This document shows positions 44,377 through 54,510 of a DNA stretch of 54,510 nt, one piece after another. The number at the start of each line of letters is the position of its first letter. Position 1 is the stretch's first letter. Made by a program: the position numbers and the translations under genes. Origin of the DNA: a virus (Duplodnaviria > Caudoviricetes); IMG/VR virus record IMGVR_UViG_3300036770_001615, positions 1 through 54,510 of that record; one strand, written 5' to 3'. The notes under the pieces were generated by a model. The model had not been told where the DNA came from. It saw nothing but the letters and a program-made list of their open reading frames with translations, and did no database searches.

Positions 44377-45225
44377 TTAGATGTCCAAATATTGTAATTC
44401 GAATTTATCTGCACTTTCCTCGTATCCCACATAACCGCGTGGATTACATACGATTCTAGTGTCACCGATCATATAATCAAACTTATCATGGGTATGACCA
44501 TGCGTCCAAAGTTTGATTTGTGGACGATCCAAAATGAATTCGCTAAGGTCACTACTATAAGCCCCATTAGTAAGATGATCATCCTTATATCTTGGATGAG
44601 TACTTTGCTTAGATGGGGCCATATGACCTACCACAACAAACTTTTCATCATGCTTTTCAGCCACGATAGTTTTGATATATTGAACACTAAGGCGATGCTG
44701 GTCAGCAGTATGTGCTGGACGCAATTTAGTATACCCATGTCCACTGTGTCTAATGATTTGGTAATCGTTCATCATAGACTGCACGGCATGAAGAGTTAAT
44801 GGATCACCCTTGTTCATGTCGGTCCACAATGTACAACCAATAAAGGTATAATCGCCGATTCTTTTGCAGTCGTTTTCCATAAAATAAACATTTGGAAACT
44901 TACCGCACTCATTACGCAGGTCATTAATGTTAGCAGGAAACTTACCATGATAGAATTCATGGTTACCTGCAACATAAACAACATGCGGAAACTGGAAACT
45001 GCAACGCTTCAAAAAATTTCTATAGTCAAGGGCTTTGGCTTGCCGATGACCTAGATTCTTGTAGATTTGCTCAGTTATTTGCGACCTGTCCATTTCAGGA
45101 TGATCATGTAAATCCTGAGCAGTCATAATGTCGCCAGAAAGGATGAGGACCTCTGCACCTTGTTCATTAACAAGGTTAATATCCCCGAACTCTAAATGCA
45201 AATCACTGGCTAGTGCAACTTTCAT
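44377..45225 (-). CDS. Metallophosphoesterase
   Basis: SDLHLE, GD, GNHE, HGHTH, NPRGY. Confidence 0.9.
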   Translation of the reverse strand: MKVALASDLHLEFGDINLVNEQGAEVLILSGDIMTAQDLHDHPEMDRSQITEQIYKNLGHRQAKALDYRNFLKRCSFQFPHVVYVAGNHEFYHGKFPANINDLRNECGKFPNVYFMENDCKRIGDYTFIGCTLWTDMNKGDPLTLHAVQSMMNDYQIIRHSGHGYTKLRPAHTADQHRLSVQYIKTIVAEKHDEKFVVVGHMAPSKQSTHPRYKDDHLTNGAYSSDLSEFILDRPQIKLWTHGHTHDKFDYMIGDTRIVCNPRGYVGYEESADKFELQYLDI

Positions 45226-45275
45226 ATATTCCTCACAAAGATATATTATATCTCATTTTGTAATTTAATGCAAGT

Positions 45276-45692
45276 TTATGACATATCTTCGGACTTGTCG
45301 CTAGGGAATTTTGTGCTTGCCATACGCACAACCAGGACACTCAACGCAAGTACCAATGTTGTAGCACCTATACCCACGATATCCCAAATATTACTGGGAT
45401 GTGTTACCATATCAACAAGATGCCTAGTCAATGCTGTGATAGCGATATAGATTAGAAATCTAACGGGCATGTGATTGGTCTTAAAGTAGATACCAACCAT
45501 TGCACCAATTTCTAGATAGATAAACAATAGCAACAAGTCTTGTATTGTTGCATGATGTTTTTGAAACAATTCGAAAAAGGTATAACCGGCTGCATACACA
45601 GTAGCCGCCCCAATACCAAACAATGCTAGTCTATGGAATAATCCTACTAGAAAATTACCTACATTATCTAAATCATTAAGTTGTTTGTTCAT
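45276..45692 (-). CDS. psiE: Phosphate-starvation-inducible PsiE-like membrane protein
   Basis: DLLLLFIYLEI..MV..YFK..H.PVRFLIYIAITAL.R. Confidence 0.8.
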   Translation of the reverse strand: MNKQLNDLDNVGNFLVGLFHRLALFGIGAATVYAAGYTFFELFQKHHATIQDLLLLFIYLEIGAMVGIYFKTNHMPVRFLIYIAITALTRHLVDMVTHPSNIWDIVGIGATTLVLALSVLVVRMASTKFPSDKSEDMS

Positions 45693-46242
45693 TACGTTTT
45701 TCTCTGTGTTTGTCACACAATGTACTTAACCACCCATCTCCGTTGGTCTTACCAATATCACCACAGACCTCGCATGTAACGGCCGACATTGCTTCAGCCA
45801 TACGCACAATACCATCAACAATATCGTCTCCGCCGCTATAATAAAAACGTAGCGTACCAAACTTTTCTTTGATTTGAGTGGCTACAACTTGGGGAACTAC
45901 ATCACGTACTTCTCTATAAGTTTCTTTAGCGATTGATTCTTCAACAGACTTTAATGTCCATTCAGTAATCTTGCCTCTATACGAATGATATTTGATTAGT
46001 GGCTCTTTGTTTCCTTCTAATGCCTTTTTAAGGGCACGATTAAATTTAAGATCGTTAGCACGTTGTTTTCTAGCCCAGTCAATGTGTGATTGAATCAATG
46101 CACATGCATTGTCAATGATATGATACCAACCATCACCACATTCAAATCCCCAGCACATACAGGTTTCCGTCATTGACTTGTTGCGATCTACAAAAATCTT
46201 AGGATACTTCCTACATAGTTCATCATCAAATTGAGTATTCAT
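45676..46242 (-). CDS. Hypothetical phage protein
   Basis: GDGW...QIKEKFGTLRFY...CEVCG. Confidence 0.75.
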   Translation of the reverse strand: MNTQFDDELCRKYPKIFVDRNKSMTETCMCWGFECGDGWYHIIDNACALIQSHIDWARKQRANDLKFNRALKKALEGNKEPLIKYHSYRGKITEWTLKSVEESIAKETYREVRDVVPQVVATQIKEKFGTLRFYYSGGDDIVDGIVRMAEAMSAVTCEVCGDIGKTNGDGWLSTLCDKHREKRNEQTT

Positions 46243-46243
46243 A

Positions 46244-46651
46244 TTACATCTCCTGCAACCACTCTACACGAAAATCATCTGGGTTATCTACCAACATGTG
46301 TGGCTTAACTTCAGTCCATTTTCCATCAACACGTATTTCTAGTTTCGTATTGTAAATCATTTCATGGTCAATTCTACGTTCAATCTCATCCAGTATGCCT
46401 AGTCGTTTCATTGCTTCACGGCGATTCCAGCTTTGGAATTCTTTGCTCTCTGCCATTTTAACAAATGCATCACGTTTGTTATCATGTTGACTACGGCTTG
46501 CTTCACTGTAACCATGTGCACCACTTGGACGATGACTACAATGAACAGCACTAGAGGTCTTATTTCTTTTCTGACCTCCGGCTCCAGTTCCCTTTGTGTA
46601 ACTCCACTCGCAGTCCTTTGCGGTCACGCTGAATAGCAGTTTCTTCTCCAT
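46244..46651 (-). CDS. GGQ peptidyl-tRNA hydrolase / release-factor-domain protein (ArfB/PrfH-like)
   Basis: GTGAGGQKRNKTSSAV...H.PSG...SRSQHDNK..A. Confidence 0.85.
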   Translation of the reverse strand: MEKKLLFSVTAKDCEWSYTKGTGAGGQKRNKTSSAVHCSHRPSGAHGYSEASRSQHDNKRDAFVKMAESKEFQSWNRREAMKRLGILDEIERRIDHEMIYNTKLEIRVDGKWTEVKPHMLVDNPDDFRVEWLQEM

Positions 46652-46877
46652 TTTTAAATTTCCTTAATTCATCAGTACATTGCCTAATTGCGCATTCCAC
46701 TAATCCTAACTGAAAAGTGGTAGATGCACAATGCGTAGGAGAATGTGCTACAATCTCGATACACTCATCAATAAGCATATCAACAAATTTTTCAAAACTA
46801 TCTGCGGGTAACCATCTCCCGCTAATATCAGGCTTAAATCCTGCTAACTCTGCAAGTTCCCTTGTACGCTCATTCAT
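46560..46877 (-). CDS. Hypothetical protein (MNER..ELA family)
   Basis: Paralog of 20132-20344; tail overlaps the next gene. Confidence 0.6.
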   Translation of the reverse strand: MNERTRELAELAGFKPDISGRWLPADSFEKFVDMLIDECIEIVAHSPTHCASTTFQLGLVECAIRQCTDELRKFKNGEETAIQRDRKGLRVELHKGNWSRRSEKK

Positions 46878-46885
46878 CGTGTTCC

Positions 46886-47194
46886 TTAAAGTTTCAACGT
46901 TTCCCAGATAGCAGTCTTTTCTAAATCACTTTGGAAGTCGGGGTAGACACTATCTAATTTATTTTTGTCTACTCTATCATAACCCCTTTTGATCTTTTTG
47001 TTAAACATTTCGGACGCATCATAACTAGAACAAGTTACCAATTTAGTCTGAAGTTTTGCGCCACGCCTGCCCCAAAATGTAAGATACTTGTTATTACGAA
47101 TAGGCCAACCTATATCATATTCTTCTAGTAGAATGATGCCCCAAACCTTGTCATGGATACCTTCTTTGCACCAACCAATGTGTTCAAATTTCAT
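46886..47194 (-). CDS. WGR-like domain protein
   Basis: DKVW...FWGRRG...KKIKRGY. Confidence 0.65.
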   Translation of the reverse strand: MKFEHIGWCKEGIHDKVWGIILLEEYDIGWPIRNNKYLTFWGRRGAKLQTKLVTCSSYDASEMFNKKIKRGYDRVDKNKLDSVYPDFQSDLEKTAIWETLKL

Positions 47195-47583
47195 ACATTA
47201 AATCCTGCACTACGCAATTCGTTTAATGCCGCATTACGATTTTTTGCATCGATATTGATTTTAATTGACTTGTTATTAGCAATCAAATTGTCCAACAAAT
47301 CTTTTGCTTCTTTGAGCGAAAGGTTGGGTGTGCTGACACTTCGCAATGCCTTGATCTGCCATACTTTGTTGCCATTGGGATTTAGGCTGTGAATATGTAT
47401 GATACCGTTGTATTCACCGGTCAACAATGAAAAGAAAATTTGACCCTTAATATCCTTGTCAAGAGTATTTGCGATTGTATCCCATAATTTCATGCCTTCA
47501 TCAGTGCCATAGGCATCTGTAATACTACGCATGAAATTGATACCACTCTGAATGATATCTTGTTTATATTTGGCAGGAATCAT
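47191..47583 (-). CDS. Protein with ribosomal L7/L12 C-terminal-like domain
   Basis: KVWQIKALRSV..LSLKEAKDLLD...L.SAG. Confidence 0.6.
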   Translation of the reverse strand: MIPAKYKQDIIQSGINFMRSITDAYGTDEGMKLWDTIANTLDKDIKGQIFFSLLTGEYNGIIHIHSLNPNGNKVWQIKALRSVSTPNLSLKEAKDLLDNLIANNKSIKINIDAKNRNAALNELRSAGFNV

Positions 47584-47647
47584 TTTAGCCTCAGCGCACT
47601 GCGAGAGATTTCCGTAGCATGTTCAGCAAATTCACTGATTCTATCGC

Positions 47648-47872
47648 TCATTTGATATCTATCCTCTCACCAAGTTGACTGACCATTTCATCAAAAGTAC
47701 CTTCTACCTCAATGCCATTGACCATGAGATAGGTTTGTTCACTGCCTACTTGTGTATAAATTTCTTTGATATCAGTTTCACGAATAGCATACTTGCGTGG
47801 ACGAGTAGCACCGCGAAATGAGTTTCCCGCACTTCGTTGGCTTTCAGTGAACACAAATACTCGTTCGGTCAT
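47648..47872 (-). CDS. Hypothetical protein
   Basis: Coupled ORF. Confidence 0.6.
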   Translation of the reverse strand: MTERVFVFTESQRSAGNSFRGATRPRKYAIRETDIKEIYTQVGSEQTYLMVNGIEVEGTFDEMVSQLGERIDIK

Positions 47873-48297
47873 TATCCACGCCTCATGCGACTAATATCCT
47901 GCATCTGCTCCTCGTTGATGACAGGAACAGCATTGCTCTTGTGCATAGTAGCAATACCCTTGATAAGAGTACCGGTGTACTTGACACTTTCCTTCTTAGC
48001 ACAACTGGTCGGGTCGCCAAAGGTCATGAGACTAGGAATCTTTTGTGTGTCACGGCGATATGGGACATTGTTGTCCGTAGGCAACTTGACACTGGCAGAC
48101 TTAGTGACCTTGGGACCACGACCATGTACATAATCCACAAACTCATCGAACGACACAGGACGCATGCCAATACTTTTGAGGAACTTATTGTGCTTGACAT
48201 GACGTTCCTGTAGGTCAGCAACTTTAGCCTTAGTCATTTTGACAACAGGCTTGCGAGTATTAAGTGTGGAGATACCACGTATAAGATGCATTGTCAT
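47872..48297 (-). CDS. Hypothetical T4-like protein
   Basis: YTGT.IKGIATMHKSNAVPV. Confidence 0.75.
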   Translation of the reverse strand: MTMHLIRGISTLNTRKPVVKMTKAKVADLQERHVKHNKFLKSIGMRPVSFDEFVDYVHGRGPKVTKSASVKLPTDNNVPYRRDTQKIPSLMTFGDPTSCAKKESVKYTGTLIKGIATMHKSNAVPVINEEQMQDISRMRRG

Positions 48298-48304
48298 AAT
48301 CGTA

Positions 48305-48634
48305 TTATAACACAGATTTTAAATGTTTGCAAGTACCGCGAAACTGAAAGCCTGAACACGTGCAAGTTTGGGCATCCTTATCAACAAAATACTTGTCGCC
48401 CTTGCTACCAATAACCTCGATAAGGCTACTCTTAACTTCAGTCTTGAACGGGTTGACCTTCAAGACCTCGAACTTGCGACCACGCTTGTCAATACGCAGG
48501 GGATTCTTAAAGTATTCGGGTTCGCCCTTGCCCCACTTGATATAGGCAAGAGCCTTGTCGCCATCCATGAGATAGACATGGTTAGGCTGCTTGTACTCAA
48601 CATCCCAAACTGTAACCTCACGAACGGCTAACAT
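48305..48634 (-). CDS. SWIM zinc-finger protein
   Basis: GSKG..Y.V...CTC.GF.FRG.CKH. Confidence 0.8.
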   Translation of the reverse strand: MLAVREVTVWDVEYKQPNHVYLMDGDKALAYIKWGKGEPEYFKNPLRIDKRGRKFEVLKVNPFKTEVKSSLIEVIGSKGDKYFVDKDAQTCTCSGFQFRGTCKHLKSVL

Positions 48635-49059
48635 TATACAGTCACCTCTTCCCAAAGTGCAACACTAAGTTCCTTAAAGTCGCTACCATGATCAGACACG
48701 AACCAAATAGCAACACCATCAACATTGCGCAAAATGTAATCATACTCTTCACGCTGGGCATTGTCAAGATAGTCCTGATAATTCTTGAAGTATCGGGCAC
48801 TAACACCATCCTCACCACGATCACGACCATAGAAGGTACAGATACCTTCAACTCGGGTATCAAAATCATGCTTGGTGCCAATCATAGGAGCCAAACTAGA
48901 CAGGTCACCGAGGTCAATCAAGTCACGCAGGATGAAAGGGTTGCTATAACTCTCCTGAAGAATCTTACCGTTGTGCTCCAAGTAGCCATCCCAATGACAA
49001 TAAACTTGACCAACAGTACCGTCAGCAAATTCGAGGGCGATAGTAGAACGTGTTGCCAT
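48634..49059 (-). CDS. Hypothetical early protein
   Basis: MATRS.I...YCHWDGY...YGRDRGE. Confidence 0.8.
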   Translation of the reverse strand: MATRSTIALEFADGTVGQVYCHWDGYLEHNGKILQESYSNPFILRDLIDLGDLSSLAPMIGTKHDFDTRVEGICTFYGRDRGEDGVSARYFKNYQDYLDNAQREEYDYILRNVDGVAIWFVSDHGSDFKELSVALWEEVTV

Positions 49060-49092
49060 ATATGAATCCTTTAATTAACTGTCAATAATGCT

Positions 49093-49121
49093 ATTATATA
49101 CCCAAACTGATTATTTGTCAA
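49093..49121 (-). promoter_or_regulatory. Early promoter cassette
   Basis: Reverse TTGACA-17-TATAAT with TTTGGG. Confidence 0.9.
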
Positions 49122-49459
49122 GCCTTGAGAGCCTGAAAAGATTGGATAAATTTATAGCCAACATCAAGGCTGACATAGTTATCACCTTGCATACCCTGCT
49201 CGCTATAGCCAACATCATCACCTGCGAGGCGAAGGCTAACCAAAAAGTGCTTGAGTTCATGCAAGAACAATTTGTCGGTGTAAATTAATCCGTCGTGATT
49301 AACATCCCAAACTTTGGTGTCAAAGTAAACACGCAATTCACCAAAGGTGCCGTCCTCATTAACATATCCAAGATCAAGACCAGTAATTGGGACATTTTCA
49401 CGCACATTTGACCAGTAACCCGAACCATCTGTATTAAGAATTTTTGAAACTAGCAACAT
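49118..49459 (-). CDS. Hypothetical early protein
   Basis: GLIYTD..F...YSEQGMQGDNYVS.D. Confidence 0.75.
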   Translation of the reverse strand: MLLVSKILNTDGSGYWSNVRENVPITGLDLGYVNEDGTFGELRVYFDTKVWDVNHDGLIYTDKLFLHELKHFLVSLRLAGDDVGYSEQGMQGDNYVSLDVGYKFIQSFQALKA

Positions 49460-49492
49460 TTTTTGCTCCGTTATCTAACTGTCAATAATGCT

Positions 49493-49521
49493 ATTATATA
49501 CCCAAATCCATTTATTGTCAA
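49493..49521 (-). promoter_or_regulatory. Early promoter cassette
   Basis: Near-identical to the 49093 and 23337 copies. Confidence 0.9.
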
Positions 49522-49552
49522 GCCTTTAAAAATGTTGTTTAAAAACAACAAC

Positions 49553-49951
49553 TTAGTAGAGTATAGGCTCGTTGGTTTCGACACCCTGTAGGGTCATCCA
49601 AATCTCTTTTTCTTCGCTATAGATAAGCCCTATATGTTCTAAATGAGCCCTACGTATACGTTCATCCATAGTTGTCCACTTTCCTACAATTTCATAATCA
49701 CCCCAAAGTATACCGCGGGTGTTAGTATTAACTAACCAAAGTGCAAGATTTTTTAATCCTGCAACCGTATTAGACGGATGACTACGACCCAACGCTCCTA
49801 TAGCATCGTTAGCCAATAATGATGTAAAAAACCCGCCGGGTTGAAATCCATGTACACAATAGTTATAGATCGGACTTGCAAATTCTCTTGGAACTTCGTA
49901 TTCCGCAAAACTATGCATTAAACGGTTTACACTATATTGTGTAAGTTTCAT
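49553..49951 (-). CDS. Hypothetical protein
   Basis: HGFQPGGFFTSLLAND. Confidence 0.7.
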   Translation of the reverse strand: MKLTQYSVNRLMHSFAEYEVPREFASPIYNYCVHGFQPGGFFTSLLANDAIGALGRSHPSNTVAGLKNLALWLVNTNTRGILWGDYEIVGKWTTMDERIRRAHLEHIGLIYSEEKEIWMTLQGVETNEPILY

Positions 49952-50247
49952 TAGTCACCTGAATCGATTTCGTAGGAACTGTCACAATGCTTACAAGTAT
50001 AACGGGTCAGACACCGACCAACATTGGCACTTGTGTACTCATGCTTGCAAGGAGTACCATCCTTACGCAACCTTGCTTCACCTGTAGCACGACCATACAT
50101 ATACTGGCCACCGCAGTTATTACATGCGAGGGTATCAGATTCCTTATCATATCCTGCTAGTACATGTTTGTACTTTTGATTATATTCGGGTACAGGCATA
50201 CGACAAGTACCATTGCAAACGGGACACACCCCATAACCTTCACGCAT
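49951..50247 (-). CDS. Cys-rich zinc-finger protein
   Basis: CPVCNG, CNNCGG, CKH, CKHC; GGAG SD. Confidence 0.7.
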   Translation of the reverse strand: MREGYGVCPVCNGTCRMPVPEYNQKYKHVLAGYDKESDTLACNNCGGQYMYGRATGEARLRKDGTPCKHEYTSANVGRCLTRYTCKHCDSSYEIDSGD

Positions 50248-50277
50248 ATTAAACTCCAAATCTTCTAGTGTATGTGT

Positions 50278-50306
50278 ATTATACACCCAAATTATGATAT
50301 TGTCAA
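50278..50306 (-). promoter_or_regulatory. Early promoter cassette
   Basis: Reverse TTGACA-17-TATAAT with TTTGGG. Confidence 0.85.
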
Positions 50307-51737
50307 CCGTTTTCTTTTTATATAGTTTTGCTTTAGTTGCGTAGAAACAACAATAGATTGATTCTTTATGGGTTCATATGATAGATTTTTTCTATAGATT
50401 CCTAAAGATTGATAGCCTGCATATTCTAAATGGCCTAACATGTCAATTCTACCCTCATACTCCTTGACTAGTGATTCTACCAATTGACTTGCGCCAATTG
50501 AATCAGTCCAATCACTCTGCCAATGGTATAAGGGTACGTATTTGTTTTCATGGTGAAAGGAATTAATGTTAATAATTTTATAGTTAAACTTTTGAGGTGT
50601 CTTATCTAAATCACTAAGGTAATCTGTTGATGTAATTGTGTTTGCTTTAGATATTAACAATGGATATAATTGAATACTATTCAATAATTTTTCATTTACA
50701 ATTTTCTGAATAGATTCACGTATTGATAATTCTGTATCCTTGTTTAACCCTACAATGATACCACCTACTGTATATGTGTTTGGTGATATTGTTTTAATCT
50801 TTAACAACGTATCATAGTTATTATCTAATCCACTTTTCTTTCTGACTAACTTACTAGCCTCATTATTGAAACTTTCTATTCCAAAAAATAAACTACGAAA
50901 TTGTATTTGTTCTAATAATTTTAACTGTGTTGGTTTTGCATTAATAATATCCAAACGTGCGTATGCTGTTATGTTAGGATGATAATCTAGTTTAGACATT
51001 GCCTCTGCAACAATTTCTAACTTCTCGTCAGATTCATTTAACGTATCATCACTGGCAAAGTAATTTGTTATTCCATATTTCTTATATGCTAAATCAAAAT
51101 ATTGATATAGTTCATATGAATCAATAAGTTTAGTTACCTTAGCATTGCGTAATTCATAATTGCAAAACGTACAATTAAATTTACAACCAACACCTACTTC
51201 AAATCCCAATATATCTTTTGATGTGAGTAAGTCTGTATCTTTTAGTATAGGTAGTACAGGGTTATCAATCTTTTCATCAAAGTTATTATTGACTAGAACT
51301 AGTGGATTAGTTTTTCTTATGTATTGCGTTATATCTTTATTATCTAGCCAAGCATCAAACATTTGCATGCTACGACCTAAAAAGATTACATCAATGATGT
51401 CATCCAATGATTCATCATATGTGCGAGAACCACCGTGTATAATTTTTAAGTTAGGAAACTTTTGTTTTGCCCATGCAAGTACTGACTTTATTTTGTGTAC
51501 ATCAGTAGTGTTAAAGGGTGTAGATATTGCAATTACTGGATTGGACTCATGATTGAAGTACGTTGAGATAACTTCTTTTAAATCATCATGAGTCCAATAT
51601 GTGAACCAGTCTAATATTTCAGCAGTATGACCCTTAAGTTCTATTCTACGGCGTAACTCAAACGCACCCATACTTCTAAAGTAAAGATGGGGCCATCCTC
51701 CGTTACTGTTTTCCGATAGAATTAAAAACTTCATCAA
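50292..51737 (-). CDS. Radical SAM enzyme (B12-binding-like N-terminus)
   Basis: GCKFNCTFC (CX3CX2C), DDT, FGIESF. Confidence 0.85.
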   Translation of the reverse strand: MMKFLILSENSNGGWPHLYFRSMGAFELRRRIELKGHTAEILDWFTYWTHDDLKEVISTYFNHESNPVIAISTPFNTTDVHKIKSVLAWAKQKFPNLKIIHGGSRTYDESLDDIIDVIFLGRSMQMFDAWLDNKDITQYIRKTNPLVLVNNNFDEKIDNPVLPILKDTDLLTSKDILGFEVGVGCKFNCTFCNYELRNAKVTKLIDSYELYQYFDLAYKKYGITNYFASDDTLNESDEKLEIVAEAMSKLDYHPNITAYARLDIINAKPTQLKLLEQIQFRSLFFGIESFNNEASKLVRKKSGLDNNYDTLLKIKTISPNTYTVGGIIVGLNKDTELSIRESIQKIVNEKLLNSIQLYPLLISKANTITSTDYLSDLDKTPQKFNYKIININSFHHENKYVPLYHWQSDWTDSIGASQLVESLVKEYEGRIDMLGHLEYAGYQSLGIYRKNLSYEPIKNQSIVVSTQLKQNYIKRKRLTIS

Positions 51738-52324
51738 TCACGTTTATCGATTACCTTGTCCGCAAGGCCATAGTCTACTGCTTCTTGCGCACTCATAAAG
51801 AAATCACGTTCCATATCAGCCTGTAACTGCGAATAGTTCTTGCCAGTAGTATTGTGCTTGACATAGATTTCTGTCAATGATTTCTTCATAGCAAGAATCT
51901 CACGTACTTGAATTTCCATGTCAGTGGCCTGTCCACGGGCACCACCACTTGGCTGATGAATCATATGTCGTGCATGTGGAAGAATCAATCGCTTACCCTT
52001 AGCACCTGCTTGAGCAAGCAAACTACCCATACTACAAGCCTGACCCATAACAATGGTGCTTACATCGGGCTTGATAAACTGCATGGTATCATAGATTGCC
52101 ATGCCAGCAGTTACACTACCACCTGGGCTATTGATATAGAGACTAATGTCCTTATCTGGGTTTTCACTTTCGAGGAACAATAATTGGGCAACAATTAGAT
52201 TTGCCATTTGGTCATGAACTTCGCCCTCAAGCAAAATCACACGGTCACGCAATAGTCGGCTGTAGATATCATAACTACGCTCACCGCGTGATGTTTGTTC
52301 CAAAACGATAGGTACTAAACTCAT
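51734..52324 (-). CDS. clpP: ATP-dependent Clp protease proteolytic subunit
   Basis: [23 protein letters not shown]. Confidence 0.95.
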   Translation of the reverse strand: MSLVPIVLEQTSRGERSYDIYSRLLRDRVILLEGEVHDQMANLIVAQLLFLESENPDKDISLYINSPGGSVTAGMAIYDTMQFIKPDVSTIVMGQACSMGSLLAQAGAKGKRLILPHARHMIHQPSGGARGQATDMEIQVREILAMKKSLTEIYVKHNTTGKNYSQLQADMERDFFMSAQEAVDYGLADKVIDKRD

Positions 52325-52377
52325 AAAAATCCTCTATTGGTAAAAACTTATTATATCATTTAAAATCAACAATGTCA

Positions 52378-53268
52378 CTAGATAAGGGTAACTTTTGAAA
52401 CAAATTGTCGTTTTCTTATTTCGGTAACTGGATCAAATGGTCTGGGTATAAGATCGGCTAATGGTATATTACCTGGTCTATTATAGGGGTGAGATAATGG
52501 TAATCCTCTTGAATCAAAAAACTCTTTGTTTGATTCATAATAAGATTTGATTTTCATTCTGTTATTTTTCCAAGTATCTCTATGTGTTTCAAAGAATCTT
52601 ATTACAAAGTCAGCGGTATAATGTCTAAAGGGTTTATATGCATCATCACCTATATATTGATCATTGTCAGTTGCTAAATCTTCAATAGTTTTACCAATCT
52701 CTACGTAGAGTAAGTAAATTGTTCCATATTCGTAGTAATCGCTGAAATGGTTATAATCTTCAGGTTCTAATGTATCATTACGATTCATGCCAAACCATGT
52801 TACAATATGTCTAGGCATTATCTTTCTACCTGATCCTTCTACGAAAGATTCACAACGATGAACTTCTATGTTTAATTGTGCTAATGCTTTTTGAACATAT
52901 TCAGGAGCACCAATATAAAAATCATGAGGTTGATCAATTAAACCATGATATACTTCAAATATATGATGTAGATAGTTTAACGTATCCTGATCAATAGGAT
53001 CACTAACCCTTCTTTTGACTATATGTTGATAATCATCAATTATTTCACAACATCTATTGATTGCTTGTATAGCCTTTTTCTTTTCACTCTCATAATCATT
53101 AAACCCATAGAATCTATCAGGCTGATCTATGTTATATTTCTCTATGCACGTGGCAACTTTATTAGCCCATTTTTGTGCTATGTTAGTAGTTCTAATTTTA
53201 TATTTTAGAACTAGAGGTTCTATATTGGTATGGGGGTTGGTATATTCTATGTGTATTTCTTTATACAT
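52378..53268 (-). CDS. Hypothetical protein
   Basis: LNYLHHIFE...LN..VHRCE...Y.EIGK. Confidence 0.7.
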   Translation of the reverse strand: MYKEIHIEYTNPHTNIEPLVLKYKIRTTNIAQKWANKVATCIEKYNIDQPDRFYGFNDYESEKKKAIQAINRCCEIIDDYQHIVKRRVSDPIDQDTLNYLHHIFEVYHGLIDQPHDFYIGAPEYVQKALAQLNIEVHRCESFVEGSGRKIMPRHIVTWFGMNRNDTLEPEDYNHFSDYYEYGTIYLLYVEIGKTIEDLATDNDQYIGDDAYKPFRHYTADFVIRFFETHRDTWKNNRMKIKSYYESNKEFFDSRGLPLSHPYNRPGNIPLADLIPRPFDPVTEIRKRQFVSKVTLI

Positions 53269-53290
53269 AGAAATATATAGTGCCTAATTG

Positions 53291-54510
53291 TTATTTGCGC
53301 TTTTTTCTACCAACCTTTAGGTGATCGGTACCTAAATGTTTATTAAAGAAATCCATCGTAGAAGATTTAGGTTCAGTGATTGCCTTAGCAGCCTTCTCTA
53401 AACCTTTTCTATCTGATATAGGACCTAAACTTGGCTTCTCTGCGCCGCCCAATGACTCGTCTGGTTTTGGTAATTCAGTCTTTGGATTCTCATTAGATAG
53501 TTTGAAACTGAAGCCACCCTTAGTTGGGTCTGTTGCGCCACTCTTACTTTCAAGTGTGATCTTACCTTCAAGTTTTGCAGGCCATTGTGTAGCAAAACTC
53601 ATAACACCTGTTTTCTTATCTAAGTCAGCATATTGCTGTACAAAGTTCATATCAAGTATGTTCAATACAACTTTTTGGAAGCCCGGTATAGCCTGCTTTT
53701 CGTTAACGGCTAACATAACTGCTTCTTTAACAACATATACTAACTTACCACCGTCGCTTGCACCCTTGCGTGATTTGACTTTGTTAGTCAACGAATCGTA
53801 TTGTGGTAATGGAATTGGTTTACCCTTTTTATATGCATCAATACTATCAGTAACTTCACGCACTACACTAGCAGGCCATGGTAAAAACTCTTTAAATTCA
53901 TCTGGTATTGCATCAGGTACATATTGATTAATCAAGTTCATCGCTTGAAATACCTGACTAACTGTGCGTGGGCTTGGCAACGGATACTTAGGTGGTATAC
54001 CCTTTTTCTTATCACCCGGATCCGCTAAGTCGATGAATGCTACTGCTACTTTATAATCTGGATTATTTCTAATCTCTTCAGGAATCTTTAATCCACTAAC
54101 GCTTGGTGGAGCACCTCCACCACTGCCTTTACTTGATATGTTTACTTTGTGGTTTGTTTTATCGTTACTAATATTAGCAAAACTATCTGCTAGTTGACTG
54201 TTACTTTCTGCTGGAAAGTATAGTGTTAAATCCATTGGATCAGCACCTAACCACTCAGTAAAACCTTGCTTACGTGGGAAACGTGAACGCCCCATGACCA
54301 TGGCCAATACGCCTAAGTATTCACCTGCATAGTCTAATATACTCTTACCTATACTAGTCTTAACATACTGTTTAGGTATAACTGCAGGTTGCCCTGCCAT
54401 TATCTGCTGAGCCATTTGTATGACAACCTGACCATACTCTGTAGATTGTAGTGTAGGGTTATTGATGATTTCATCACCGAGTTCACTAGCAGGTATATCT
54501 TTATCAGTGA
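53291..54510 (-). CDS. Hypothetical protein, 5'-truncated by the window
   Basis: Frame stays open from 54415 to the window end. Confidence 0.7.
   Translation of the reverse strand, partial: TDKDIPASELGDEIINNPTLQSTEYGQVVIQMAQQIMAGQPAVIPKQYVKTSIGKSILDYAGEYLGVLAMVMGRSRFPRKQGFTEWLGADPMDLTLYFPAESNSQLADSFANISNDKTNHKVNISSKGSGGGAPPSVSGLKIPEEIRNNPDYKVAVAFIDLADPGDKKKGIPPKYPLPSPRTVSQVFQAMNLINQYVPDAIPDEFKEFLPWPASVVREVTDSIDAYKKGKPIPLPQYDSLTNKVKSRKGASDGGKLVYVVKEAVMLAVNEKQAIPGFQKVVLNILDMNFVQQYADLDKKTGVMSFATQWPAKLEGKITLESKSGATDPTKGGFSFKLSNENPKTELPKPDESLGGAEKPSLGPISDRKGLEKAAKAITEPKSSTMDFFNKHLGTDHLKVGRKKRK

Noticed and set aside
47580-47651. 23-codon minus-strand ORF (MSDRISEFAEHA...)
   Set aside because: It is coupled at both ends but too short to support. 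It may be a remnant of the MNERI..ELA family.

Overview
This is a 54.5-kb segment of a large T4-like (jumbo-type) bacteriophage genome using standard code 11. The host is probably a proteobacterium, inferred from the ErpA, FdxA and IF-1 sequences and the rrn-type boxA. Bases 1-11.4 kb form a + strand RNA-gene array: 30 CCA-encoding tRNAs covering all 20 amino acids, one of which (the only Tyr) has a strongly rearranged, D-armless 8/4 fold. The array is interspersed with small ORFs and many structured non-coding RNAs. These include a ~870-nt GOLLD-like RNA with an embedded tRNA-like domain, four cassettes closed by related 18-24-bp stems, and an RNA with exact 7-nt periodic repeats directly upstream of a coiled-coil gene. 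Two of the array's promoters carry an identical rRNA-type boxB-boxA antitermination signal. The rest of the window holds early genes behind a repeated sigma70 promoter cassette (often with IHF sites), late genes with TAAATA promoters, and three tail-fibre-like proteins. Auxiliary genes include about 11 2OG-Fe(II)/cupin oxygenases, an S8 protease, SOD, ErpA, ferredoxin, IF-1, ArfA-like and GGQ release-factor-like proteins, an amidinotransferase plus ATE-like cluster, ClpP and a radical SAM enzyme. All calls come from manual reading of the sequence; no database search or folding program was run.
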